Source of the DNA: Ostreococcus lucimarinus
Lineage: Eukaryota
Reading direction: 5' to 3' (one strand)
Assembly (NCBI GenBank): GCA_000092065.1
Contig: CP000583.1
Length of the DNA: 64,000 bases
Shown one piece after another: positions 10,540 through 19,813 of this stretch. The notes beneath the pieces were generated by a model. It did no database searches, was not told where the DNA came from, and saw only the letters and a program-made list of their open reading frames with translations. The translations under genes were made by a program, and so were the position numbers. Numbering within the stretch: position 1 is the first letter of the stretch; every line of letters starts with the position of its first letter.

Positions 10540-12480
10540 ATGCGCTCCTCAGAGTCCGACGCGATGAGCGCCACCGCCCGGCGCGGCTGGCGCGTTCCCG
10601 TGGTGGCGTTCATCACCGGCGTTTTCATCGCTACCGCGGTGTTGACGCGCGATTACACCGTCGGCGACGACGTGCTCGCCGCGCTCGTCGCCGGTGAAAT
10701 CTCGTCGATTAATGCTCAGGCGAGCGATTTCTCCTCTTTGCCGACGCCTCGCGCGCGAGCGAGCGATCCAGACGTCGACAACGCGCGTTGCTTTGAGCTG
10801 TGCGCGATCTTGCGCGCGGGTGTGGACGCGCGAACGAGGATTGGGGCGCTGGAGCTGCGGTCCTCGGCGCGAGCGGCGCTCGCGGCGACGAAACTGAGCC
10901 TGGCTCTTTGGGCGCGCGTGTTCTCGCCGGCGACGAACGCGATAACGGAAGGCGTCGTGCGAGGAACGCGCGCGGGGGGTCGGAGACTCGCGGTGATCGT
11001 GCGGGAGACAGAACCGAGGGTTCTGGCGCAGTGGGTGCTCGCGTGCGTCGGCGCGGCGTACGTGTATCACTTGTGCTGGCGGTTCGTCAAGCACTTGAAA
11101 CGGGCGCGATATAGGAACAAGCTTAGGTTTTTCATCATTAGGATGAGATTGCGCGCGTCGCGGCGGGTGCGAACGGCGTTGGAGCCGTACGCAAGGGTTT
11201 ATAGGCGAGTCGCGAGCGCCGGGACGGCGGTGAAGCGACGATATTCGCTCGTCGTGCGAGGAATACGTAGTAAAAGTCGATTGGCAGCGAACGCGTTGCC
11301 GCATGCGTTGTTTTTAGTCGTCGGGATGGGTGTGTTTCGCGTCATGCCGCGATATGCGAGGAATATGGTGCGGAAAAGAGAGATTTTGGCGACCATCTCG
11401 CTCCTCGTGCCGATGTTTCGAACCATGCTCGCCGTGGAGAGCGAAGACATGGCTCTTGTCGAAAAATGGTTGCGTTTCTGGGCATCGTGCGCGCCGTTCA
11501 TGATAGCCGTTGATTTTCCGTTCATATTCTACGGTGTTAGGTGGTTCTTTCCGTGGTGGCCCGAAGTTTTAGTGCTGTTTACGATGTGGTTGAACTCGCG
11601 CCTCACGCGCGGTAGTCAAATCATTTTGGAATTTTCCACACCGCTCGTTTCTCGGGCGATGGCGTACTTGAACGAGTCCAGTGGTACGACGGGTAAGATT
11701 TCCATACTTCTTCGTCGTTCGGTTCGACAAGCACTGCAGATTAGTGTCATCGTCATTCGCTTCCGTTCCCGACGAGCCTCAGAGGCGCTCCGCCTCGTTC
11801 TCGACAATATGAGCATTCCGTTGGTGATGTGTACGGTGTTTTTCTTCACACCAGGGCTGATGACGATATACGGTTGCGACATGGCCGGATTGGTCGTTCC
11901 GTTCGCGTTCACGGTGGACGGATTACTCAAGTATGCGCAATTGAAGGCGCAACCGCAACAGCCCAGTCGCGCGCAAGCTCGCAAGGACTTAGAAAAGCTC
12001 CATGAAGATAAGCTTCGAAACTGGTTGACTTACTGGCTCGCACATGCGATGATTTGGTCGCTGTCGCAAGAGCTTTCAAAAAGCGCACTCGGGTGGTTTC
12101 CGCTCTGGCGGCACACGCAACTGGCGGGAATTTACTGGCTTCAAGTATTCGGCGGCTCGCAACTCATCACGGCGCGCATGCAGGGTATCAAACAATCCAT
12201 CCTAGAGGATCATCAGAAAGCGTTAAAAGCAGCGATTTCAGCCGACTTGGACGCGTCCGAAGTCGAGGAACTGGCAAAGTTGAAAAAGACGTTGGACGCC
12301 TCGCAGCCTAGCGTGGAAACGACGCTCGACGAAACCTCAATTGACGACAAGAAGGATGATTCAAAACCCACCGATACCGATGGCGACGTCGACGCGGAAA
12401 CGATCACAAAATTAGACGTAGGAATCACCGCCGAGACCGTGCGCAAGCGCACGCCGACGGACGCGAACGGCTCGAACTGA
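10540..12480 (+). CDS. Membrane protein with two tandem TB2/DP1/HVA22 (REEP/Yop1-like) domains
   Basis: 646-aa ORF from an ATG. Two HVA22-family signatures: ...VEKWLRFWASCAPFMIAVDFPFIFYGVRWFFPWWPEVLVLFTMWL... and ...LRNWLTYWLAHAMIWSLSQELS...GWFPLWRHTQLAGIYWLQ.... Multiple hydrophobic hairpins. TGTAA sits 8 nt after the stop. Confidence 0.6.
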   Translation: MRSSESDAMSATARRGWRVPVVAFITGVFIATAVLTRDYTVGDDVLAALVAGEISSINAQASDFSSLPTPRARASDPDVDNARCFELCAILRAGVDARTRIGALELRSSARAALAATKLSLALWARVFSPATNAITEGVVRGTRAGGRRLAVIVRETEPRVLAQWVLACVGAAYVYHLCWRFVKHLKRARYRNKLRFFIIRMRLRASRRVRTALEPYARVYRRVASAGTAVKRRYSLVVRGIRSKSRLAANALPHALFLVVGMGVFRVMPRYARNMVRKREILATISLLVPMFRTMLAVESEDMALVEKWLRFWASCAPFMIAVDFPFIFYGVRWFFPWWPEVLVLFTMWLNSRLTRGSQIILEFSTPLVSRAMAYLNESSGTTGKISILLRRSVRQALQISVIVIRFRSRRASEALRLVLDNMSIPLVMCTVFFFTPGLMTIYGCDMAGLVVPFAFTVDGLLKYAQLKAQPQQPSRAQARKDLEKLHEDKLRNWLTYWLAHAMIWSLSQELSKSALGWFPLWRHTQLAGIYWLQVFGGSQLITARMQGIKQSILEDHQKALKAAISADLDASEVEELAKLKKTLDASQPSVETTLDETSIDDKKDDSKPTDTDGDVDAETITKLDVGITAETVRKRTPTDANGSN

Positions 12481-12485
12481 ACGCG

Positions 12486-12528
12486 ATCGTGTAAAAACAG
12501 TTAAACAGTTACGCCGCGTACAGTTACA
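12486..12528. terminator. Convergent 3' ends: TGTAA poly(A) motifs for both the plus-strand HVA22-domain gene and the minus-strand secreted-protein gene, inside a 91-bp intergenic spacer
   Basis: Plus cgTGTAAaaac at 12488-12492, 8 nt after the stop. The minus-strand TGTAA is the reverse complement of cagttacaac at about 12519-12528. The transcripts must nearly abut or overlap. Confidence 0.4.
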
Positions 12529-12571
12529 ACGCTTCTCGCGTGCCTAAATTCACCACTCCCTAATCAATCAT

Positions 12572-13183
12572 CTATTCAATCGACGCCGAAAACGGCAATC
12601 TCTCGTTCAACACCGTCACATTCGTCCGTCCCCACGTCTCCGGATGCACCGCGTACGTCTCCGTGATCTCGTCCACGAGCGCCATCGACGTCTCGTCCGC
12701 CTCCGCGAAGCACGCGTGCGCTCGTCCCCACTCCGCGTGTCCTCTCGTCGCGATGAAGAAATCCGGCCCCGACCCGATCACGCACGCGTACCCTCGCGCC
12801 ACGATCGGCGCCTCGCCCTCCGCTCGTCCTCGCAATCCCTCCAGCGCGCCCTGCAGCAGCGCGTACGGCGGTCCCGGTCCACCGTAGCCATCCCTCGCGC
12901 CCGCCTCGGGCGTCGCCTCCGCCCTGTAAAACGACCCTCGTCGCGCCGCGCCGCCCGCGAGCTCGCGCGCGAGCGTCGGCGCCCAATCCTCGCGCAGCCG
13001 CAGCGCGATCGCGCGCGCGTCGCCGGCGCCGTCGCCGTCGAGCGTCAATCGCAGCGTCGCCCCGCGCGCGCGCTCCGAGTACCCGACGAACGCGTCCTCG
13101 CGCGATATCGCGCGCGCGCTCGACGCGCGCGGGCACAGCGCGACGACGAGCGCGACGACGAGCGCGCGACGCGCGCGCGGCAT
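12572..13183 (-). CDS. Hypothetical secreted protein (signal peptide)
   Basis: The ATG at 13183 gives MPRARRALVVALVVALCPRASSARA, a signal peptide, followed by a 180-aa Gly/Ala/Arg-rich domain with 4 Cys. The longer ORF up to 13615 would overlap the divergent ARPC2 gene and is rejected. Confidence 0.35.
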   Translation of the reverse strand: MPRARRALVVALVVALCPRASSARAISREDAFVGYSERARGATLRLTLDGDGAGDARAIALRLREDWAPTLARELAGGAARRGSFYRAEATPEAGARDGYGGPGPPYALLQGALEGLRGRAEGEAPIVARGYACVIGSGPDFFIATRGHAEWGRAHACFAEADETSMALVDEITETYAVHPETWGRTNVTVLNERLPFSASIE

Positions 13184-13302
13184 CGCGCGCGGACGAGTGC
13201 GCGCGCGGTCGACGGACGGACGCGTCGATTGAAACGCGGCGATTGCGCGACGACGCGCGTCATTCAGCGACACCGCGCGACGCGCCGAGCGAGCGCGACG
13301 CC

Positions 13303-14295
13303 ATGGACGCGAGCGCGGGCATCGGAAGCATATCTCCGACGTCGCGATTCGTCCGCGACGCCGTCGCGGCGCGCGTGGAGGCGACGCGAGCGAAGGATGT
13401 CGAGACGTTGGCGACGCCGCTGGGGGCGACGTGCGTGGAATTCGATGACGTGCGGTACGCGGTGACGTCCGTCGCGGACGAGCGCGGAGGGAGGGTGCGC
13501 GTGGATGTGTCCGTGGGCGCGCCGGGGGGGGCGTTCGAGGAAAGGCGCGCGATGGAGGACGCGGCGACGTTGATTTGTTTGAGCGACGGGACGATTGCGG
13601 CGAACGAGAAGGCAAACGCGGGGTACGACGCGACGTTTCGCGTGGACGTGACCGCGATCGCGAGTTTGGAGGATGAAGAGCGACGCGAGGAGATCTTGCA
13701 GCGCGTGTCGAGGGTGCGAAATGCGGTGTACGGGGCGAAATTGCGCGGACACTTGCGAGAGCTGGCGGCGACGGGCGGAACGGAAGGCGCGCTCGACTGG
13801 TCGCCTCGACGAAGAGGGGAGACGATGTTCATAAAGCCGCAGAATGATCAGGTGACGGTAATATTTCCTATGCACTTCGCGGACGCGCGCGATGCGGTGA
13901 TAGCGACGCAGTTCTTGACGCAGTTTGCAGAGGTGCGACGCGGACAAAAGGAACTGTCGACGGCGCCGGCGGTTTCGTATCACAAGTCACCACCGTTGGA
14001 GTTAAAGGACGCTCCAGAGGAGATGATCGGTGGCGCGAACGGTGGTTATGTGTCGTTTGTGTTGTTTAAACGTCACGCCACGCCCGATCGCTTGGAGGCG
14101 ACGGTGTGGAACATTATGACGTTTCACGCGTTTGTGAGCTACCACATCAAATATTCCAAGGCGTACTGGCACAGTCGCATGCGTCAAAAGGTGGAGTCAT
14201 GGCTGAGCATCCTCAAGCGTGCGAAAAAGGTAGATCCAAGCGGTAACGGCAAAAAGATGACGACGGCGGACGGGCGGACGTTCGTGCGCAAGTGA
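13303..14295 (+). CDS. ARPC2: Actin-related protein 2/3 complex subunit 2 (ARPC2, p34-Arc)
   Basis: The C-terminus ...GGYVSFVLFKRHATPDRLEATVWNIMTFHAFVSYHIKYSKAYWHSRMRQKVESWLSILKRA... closely matches the ARPC2 family. The N-terminal VEFDDVRYAV...RVDVSV matches the ARPC2 beta region. TGTAA motifs at 14314 and 14329 follow the stop. Confidence 0.85.
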   Translation: MDASAGIGSISPTSRFVRDAVAARVEATRAKDVETLATPLGATCVEFDDVRYAVTSVADERGGRVRVDVSVGAPGGAFEERRAMEDAATLICLSDGTIAANEKANAGYDATFRVDVTAIASLEDEERREEILQRVSRVRNAVYGAKLRGHLRELAATGGTEGALDWSPRRRGETMFIKPQNDQVTVIFPMHFADARDAVIATQFLTQFAEVRRGQKELSTAPAVSYHKSPPLELKDAPEEMIGGANGGYVSFVLFKRHATPDRLEATVWNIMTFHAFVSYHIKYSKAYWHSRMRQKVESWLSILKRAKKVDPSGNGKKMTTADGRTFVRK

Positions 14296-14313
14296 GCCGA
14301 TAACAATTAGAGT

Positions 14314-14333
14314 TGTAACGACGTCGGCTGTAA
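14314..14333 (+). terminator. Putative poly(A) signals: two TGTAA motifs 19-38 nt downstream of the ARPC2 stop
   Basis: agTTGTAAcg and gcTGTAAttt. TGTAA is the green-algal poly(A) signal. Similar motifs follow most genes in this window. Confidence 0.4.
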
Positions 14334-14362
14334 TTTATTCATGAAACAAAGCGCCTCTGTAC

Positions 14363-15313
14363 CTAGAAGAACGGCGGAAGCAAGATAAACGGTCGGCGGA
14401 ACTTAGGCTTGCCATCCTTGCCGTCGAACAATTGTCTCAACCTCTTGTGCTTGGCGATGGCCCACTGCATCATTTGCGCCGCGCCGCAGCACATGAACGT
14501 GTATCCCATCACGCTCTGCGTCGCAATGTTGAACCCAAGCCATTGGTAAATCTCCGTCGCGTAGTTCGCGCACGTGACATAGTTAAACAGGAAACCAGTC
14601 GGGATAACGTAACCCTTAGCTCCATCCTTGCGCAAGTTGGCGAGTATGATATGGCATCGTAAGTTGCTCAACTGCATGACGGCGCTAAACGCGAAACCCG
14701 CCATCATTTGCGTCCTCCCCACAGGCGTATACGCCGGGTGGTTGATGAAATACGACATAAACGCCCCAAATGTCCAGTAGTATCCACAATTCCGCATGAG
14801 ATTAAAGATGGGCATCGTGGCGTGGGAGAATTTATGTACGAAGAACGTCTCCAAAATGCGCTTCGCATAGTGCGCCGTGTGAAAGTACATCGCCAGCGTT
14901 TGCGCCTCCAGCACCGGTTTTCCGGCGTTTTTGATGCCAAAAATCCCTCCATAAATCTCCTTGCGCATGAAATAAAACGGCAGGTACGCCAACAGCGGTC
15001 CGAGGTATTCGAAGAAGAACACCGCCTTGTAGCTCACCTGCGGTCCCAAATCCTTGAACACGATCGTGTCCCCGTCGTTCAGCCCGTACTCGCTCAACAG
15101 CGTATCGTCTCGGAGCGCCGTGCCTCTGGTCTCGCCTCGTGCGGGAACGGTCGTGAATCGCTGTCGAGACGGATAAAACTTGCGCTTCAGCGCGTGGAAC
15201 GAACGCTTGAGGTCGCTGACTTTGGCGTCGTTCGGGACGACGAGGCCGCCGGCGACGACGGCGCGCCCGCTTCGGGTGACGATTTGAAGCTTCATCTCAC
15301 AATTGGTGCGCAC
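14363..15313 (-). CDS. TECR: Very-long-chain enoyl-CoA reductase (TECR/TSC13/CER10; 3-oxo-5-alpha-steroid 4-dehydrogenase family) with N-terminal ubiquitin-like domain
   Basis: An N-terminal Ubl is followed by the C-terminal steroid 5-alpha-reductase domain: ...MYFHTAHYAKRILETFFVHKFSHATMPIFNLMRNCGYYW...NYATEIYQWLGF.... This is the typical TECR family layout. Confidence 0.85.
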   Translation of the reverse strand: MRTNCEMKLQIVTRSGRAVVAGGLVVPNDAKVSDLKRSFHALKRKFYPSRQRFTTVPARGETRGTALRDDTLLSEYGLNDGDTIVFKDLGPQVSYKAVFFFEYLGPLLAYLPFYFMRKEIYGGIFGIKNAGKPVLEAQTLAMYFHTAHYAKRILETFFVHKFSHATMPIFNLMRNCGYYWTFGAFMSYFINHPAYTPVGRTQMMAGFAFSAVMQLSNLRCHIILANLRKDGAKGYVIPTGFLFNYVTCANYATEIYQWLGFNIATQSVMGYTFMCCGAAQMMQWAIAKHKRLRQLFDGKDGKPKFRRPFILLPPFF

Positions 15314-15538
15314 GACGTAGCTCGAGTGGTGATCTCGCGGCGGGCGTTCGCGGCGCGCCGTGGATTGCGGTGGATTGTTGGCCCGCGACGCGCCGCGGCG
15401 CTTCGCGGGTTATCGGCGCCGACGAAGGCGCGCAAGGTCGCGTACGCATCGACGAGGTAGTGAAGGGTTTATCGGTGGATAATCACAAGAGAGATATCAC
15501 TTGGCTATGGGTGGTACAAGTTCAAGCGTTGCGCGGGA

Positions 15539-17023
15539 TCACGCGTCTTTGCACTGCGCAAAGATGAAACTCAAATTTTGCGCGCACTCTTGAAAGAGTT
15601 CGCCTAAAACTTCGGTGATGTCAGCCTCACCATCTGCGGGATTTTCCATCTGCGGCGCCTCACCGGCGGAACCTCGCGCTTTGGTCATGACGAAATCGTT
15701 ATCACCGATCGGGATGATGCGCTTGGTGCCTATATCTTTGTCGGAATTCGACGTATACATCGCCTTGAGCCGACGAATGATGAGTTCCTTGAACGCATCC
15801 GCCACGGGGCTATTCTCCGGGGCATTTGAACGCTTGGCGAAGATGAAGAGCAAAGCTTCCCAGATACGACGCATTTGAGGCTTGCAAATTTTCAGCTTCG
15901 CGGCAGCCATTTCGAAAACGTGCTGCGTGCAGGCCAATGCGTTGCGTCGAGCGTCGTCGGTCTGCGCTCGCGCGGCGTCCATCGCCGCACTTTGAACCTT
16001 GGCCATCATCTCCGGTAGTTTCAAGCAAGCCTTGACGTCATGCACGTCTCGTAATCGTTGCAACTGATCTGTGGGGTCTTCAATCGTCAAATCTCGCATC
16101 GATCGATCAATCGCGAGCTTGCGAACGGCTTCCAACATCTTCCCACCGAGGCCTTGTCGCTGGTACGGAGGGAGCACCAAAATCTGGCTCAATCGCGCTC
16201 GCTCGGAATCAGGATAGGCGTAGAACCGATATACCGTCGTAAATCCAGCGGTTTCCCAGCGTCCATCGGCGTGATGCCTCGTCGCCACGAGCAGAGTCCA
16301 ACGCGAGTCTGAGTTATCAATCTTGCTCGCCGCGTCGATGAAAAACACCGCGTACGCCTCCATCGCGGCGTGCCACTTTCTCGCCTCCTCATTCGTCGCC
16401 AACTCGTACGCAGTGATTTTTGTCACCACCCCATCGCTCTCACTCTCTGCCACCAGCGTGCCACCAGCGCATGGTTCTGCCATACCCGCCTCGCGTTTAA
16501 ATCTCTCCTCATCCTCGTACAGCTCGCACAATCCATCTGAATCAAACCACTCTCGCATTTGCTCCACCACGGGATCCGCCGGATTCATCGCGCTCGATAT
16601 TTTCTTTTCGTATCTCATCTTCAACAGCGCTCGCAACGATGTCCTGCACACGTACACGTCCAACGCCAACCCCGCGTATCCGAACACGCTCTCATCTTCG
16701 CGAAACACCTGATGCGTAAACTCCGCGTCGAACGCATCACCATCGTCCCTCGTCGTCTCCAACGCGCTTCCAGGCGTCCAGGGATGAAACTTCAACGCAT
16801 CCACGGCCTCGCACACGTACGACACCGGCGCATCGATCGGTTTCTTCGCGATTTTCGCGCCGCAGCTGTTGGATTTCGAATTCAAATCGATCGTCGTCGT
16901 CTGCGTCGACAGCCCCTGCGCGCTCGCGCTTACCGTCGCCGGCATCGCGAAACCGAGATCGGCGTTTTCATCGCCGAACCTCGCCGCGAGTTTCGCGCGC
17001 TTTGCCGCCTGATCGTCGTCCAT
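15539..17023 (-). CDS. HAT1: Histone acetyltransferase type B catalytic subunit HAT1
   Basis: FTHQVFREDESVFGYAGLALDVY matches the human HAT1 YTHQLFGDDETAFGYKGL region. The acetyl-CoA motif ILVLPPYQRQGLGGKMLEAV is present. The start is at MDDDQAAKR (ATG 17023). The longer ORF overlaps divergent XPB. Confidence 0.8.
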   Translation of the reverse strand: MDDDQAAKRAKLAARFGDENADLGFAMPATVSASAQGLSTQTTTIDLNSKSNSCGAKIAKKPIDAPVSYVCEAVDALKFHPWTPGSALETTRDDGDAFDAEFTHQVFREDESVFGYAGLALDVYVCRTSLRALLKMRYEKKISSAMNPADPVVEQMREWFDSDGLCELYEDEERFKREAGMAEPCAGGTLVAESESDGVVTKITAYELATNEEARKWHAAMEAYAVFFIDAASKIDNSDSRWTLLVATRHHADGRWETAGFTTVYRFYAYPDSERARLSQILVLPPYQRQGLGGKMLEAVRKLAIDRSMRDLTIEDPTDQLQRLRDVHDVKACLKLPEMMAKVQSAAMDAARAQTDDARRNALACTQHVFEMAAAKLKICKPQMRRIWEALLFIFAKRSNAPENSPVADAFKELIIRRLKAMYTSNSDKDIGTKRIIPIGDNDFVMTKARGSAGEAPQMENPADGEADITEVLGELFQECAQNLSFIFAQCKDA

Positions 17024-17096
17024 CGTCGTCGATGCGTCGCGTCGACGTCTGAGGCGATTCGCCGCGTCGCGACAGACGTCGACGCGCGCGCGCGTC
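17024..17096. promoter_or_regulatory. 73-bp divergent promoter shared by HAT1 (minus) and XPB (plus)
   Basis: The start codons of two conserved genes face away from each other, separated by 73 bp. At 17096-17099 the palindrome TCATGA contains the XPB ATG and an antisense ATG. Confidence 0.45.
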
Positions 17097-19775
17097 ATGA
17101 GCGGTGCTCGACGACGCGGACGAAGCGTCGACGACTCGGGCGAGGATAGGGCGGCGAAGCGAGAGAAGACGGGCGCGGATGCGGCGACGACGACGGCCAA
17201 GACGACGCCGAGCTTGAAGTTTACCCTGAAGAAATCGTCTTCGATCGTCGACGGCGCGGAGCCGGTGACGCGCGAGGACGACGGTGGTGCGATCGAAGAC
17301 GTCAAGGATGAAGTCGTGGACGCGGCAGAGGCGCGACCGAGGCTGAAGCTGAGCGTGAAGATGAAGAGACGGCACGAACACGCCCCCAAGGTGAGCTTTC
17401 TGAGCGAAGACGCTGAATTGAACGACGACGGACCGAGCGAGAGCGATAGCGAGCTCGAGGACGCGCTGTGGAAAGGAGGGGATGGATTCGGAGAGAATGA
17501 TTTCAGTGAGTTGGAACTGAAGCCCGATCACGCGAATCGGCCGCTGTGGGTTTGCGACGACGGGAGAATTTTTTTAGAATCGTTTTCACCCGTGTACAAG
17601 GCGGCGTATGACTTTTTAATCTCCGTCGCAGAACCGGTGTGTCGACCGGCGAATATGCACGAATACGTGTTGACGCCGCATTCTTTGTACGCGGCGGTGT
17701 CGGTAGGACTTGAAACGTCGACGATTTTGTCGGTGTTGGATAGATTGAGCAAGACGAGACTGAGCGACGAGATTCACGACTTTGTGCACGAGTGCACAGA
17801 AAATTACGGCAAGGTTAAGCTGGTTTTGCAGAGGAACAAATTTTACTTGGAGTCGAATGATCCCAAGATTTTGAAAGAATTGCTACAAGATGACGTCATT
17901 CGCGCCGCGCGAGTGGCGGGTTCGGCGAACGCGTCGTTTCACGTGTCGCACGCGCTCAAGGAAAAAGGGGCGCAAAAATTAGTCGACATCACCGAAGCGG
18001 AGCAAGGCGACGCCATGGAAGGCGTGGATGTTCCGGCTGATGGAATGGATGTGAAGTACCAGCAGGAATTCCTCCCAGAATACGATCCTGATCGACAGAT
18101 GCATAGTTTTGAGATTGAGGCGAGGCAAGTCGAACACGTCAAGCAGCGATGCCTTCCGGGTAACCTCGGATACCCGACTCTTGAGGAGTATGATTTTAGG
18201 AACGACACGCGGAATCCGGACTTAGGTATCGAGCTTAAACCAATGACTCGCATTCGTCCTTATCAGGAAAAGTCGTTGTCGAAGATGTTTGGTAATGGAC
18301 GAGCCAGAAGCGGGATCATCGTGCTCCCGTGCGGTGCCGGCAAGAGTTTGACTGGCATCGCGGCGGCTGCTCGAATACGTAAATCATGTTTGTGTTTATG
18401 CACATCAAGTGTGAGTGTTGATCAATGGGCGGCGCAGTTCAAGCTCTGGACTAACTTGACCGATGCTCACATCGTGCGCTTCACGTCGCAAAACAAGGAC
18501 GATTTCCCGCCACCCGACGAAGCATGCGTATGCGTTACAACATATAACATGGTGAGCGCCGGCGGTAAGCGCAGCGAGGGTAGCGAACGGATCCTCGAGG
18601 CGATTCGATCGCGAGAGTGGGGATGCATGTTACTAGATGAAGTGCACGTAGTACCAGCGGCGATGTTCCGCAAGGTCATTGGGATCACAAAGGCGCACTG
18701 TAAACTCGGACTCACTGCAACGCTTGTGCGTGAAGACGACAAGGTGGATCATCTGAACTTTTTGATTGGACCTAAACTTTATGAAGCAAACTGGTTAGAT
18801 TTACAACGCGATGGACATATCGCGAACGTGCAATGCGTCGAGGTTTGGTGCCCGATGACGGCCGAGTTCTTCCGCAAGTACTGCGATCCAAACTTCAATA
18901 ACAAAAAGCAAGTCTTGTACTGCATGAATCCGAATAAGTTCATGGCTTGTCAGTTTTTGATGCAATTCCACGAGCAGCAGCGCAAGGACAAAGTCATTGT
19001 GTTCAGTGATAACATCTTTGCGTTGAGAGAGTACGCAACCGCGTTGCGCAGGCCGCTGATTTACGGCGATACATCACACGCCGAACGCACGCGAGTATTG
19101 CACGCCTTCAAGTATAGCAACGAAATCAACACCATTTTCCTTTCCAAAGTTGGTGATAACTCCATTGATATCCCCGAGGCAAATGTCATTATTCAAATTT
19201 CTTCACACGCAGGCAGTCGTCGCCAAGAAGCTCAGCGTTTAGGTCGAATTCTACGTCCAAAGGCGGCGCAACTGAGTGGGAAGAAGACAAACGCAGACGA
19301 ACATAATGCATTCTTCTATTCTTTGGTATCGACCGACACGGCCGAAATGTACTACAGTACAAAGAGACAGCAGTTCTTGATTCAGCAAGGTTATGCCTTC
19401 AAGGTGGTGACTGATTTGATCGGTCCTCAAGATAAACCGCAGCTCATGTACTCGACACAGGAGAAGCAACTCGACCTTCTCGCGAAAGTTTTGAGCGCCG
19501 GCGAGGCTGAAGCGGGTGAGGAAGTGCTTCCAGAGGATGAAGATGCGATTAGACAAGCTCATAAACCAGTGGGTGCCGCGCGTAGGACAGCGGGCTCAAT
19601 AACTGCGCTGTCTGGCGCCGATGGTGCATATCTCGAATTTGATGCGCAACGCGGCGGCGCAAAGAAGAAGGCTAGCTTTCAACGAGCGTCTGGGGCGCCG
19701 AGAGCGGTGAAGCCGAAGAATTCAATCTTGCGCGAGCGAGACGCGATGTTGCGCGGCAAGAAGAAATTAGCATAG
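17097..19775 (+). CDS. XPB: TFIIH DNA repair helicase XPB (ERCC3/RAD25/SSL2)
   Basis: 892 aa. N-terminal XPB domain (...PLWVCDDGRIFLESFSPVYKAAYDFLISVAEPVCRPANMHEYVLT...), helicase motifs I-VI (GAGKSLTGIAAAA, DEVH, ...TATLVRED...) and the RAD25-specific C-terminus. Collinear with the eukaryotic orthologues. Confidence 0.9.
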   Translation: MSGARRRGRSVDDSGEDRAAKREKTGADAATTTAKTTPSLKFTLKKSSSIVDGAEPVTREDDGGAIEDVKDEVVDAAEARPRLKLSVKMKRRHEHAPKVSFLSEDAELNDDGPSESDSELEDALWKGGDGFGENDFSELELKPDHANRPLWVCDDGRIFLESFSPVYKAAYDFLISVAEPVCRPANMHEYVLTPHSLYAAVSVGLETSTILSVLDRLSKTRLSDEIHDFVHECTENYGKVKLVLQRNKFYLESNDPKILKELLQDDVIRAARVAGSANASFHVSHALKEKGAQKLVDITEAEQGDAMEGVDVPADGMDVKYQQEFLPEYDPDRQMHSFEIEARQVEHVKQRCLPGNLGYPTLEEYDFRNDTRNPDLGIELKPMTRIRPYQEKSLSKMFGNGRARSGIIVLPCGAGKSLTGIAAAARIRKSCLCLCTSSVSVDQWAAQFKLWTNLTDAHIVRFTSQNKDDFPPPDEACVCVTTYNMVSAGGKRSEGSERILEAIRSREWGCMLLDEVHVVPAAMFRKVIGITKAHCKLGLTATLVREDDKVDHLNFLIGPKLYEANWLDLQRDGHIANVQCVEVWCPMTAEFFRKYCDPNFNNKKQVLYCMNPNKFMACQFLMQFHEQQRKDKVIVFSDNIFALREYATALRRPLIYGDTSHAERTRVLHAFKYSNEINTIFLSKVGDNSIDIPEANVIIQISSHAGSRRQEAQRLGRILRPKAAQLSGKKTNADEHNAFFYSLVSTDTAEMYYSTKRQQFLIQQGYAFKVVTDLIGPQDKPQLMYSTQEKQLDLLAKVLSAGEAEAGEEVLPEDEDAIRQAHKPVGAARRTAGSITALSGADGAYLEFDAQRGGAKKKASFQRASGAPRAVKPKNSILRERDAMLRGKKKLA

Positions 19776-19813
19776 CTTTATAGATTATAATTACAACGCT
19801 TAGACTAGTAGTA

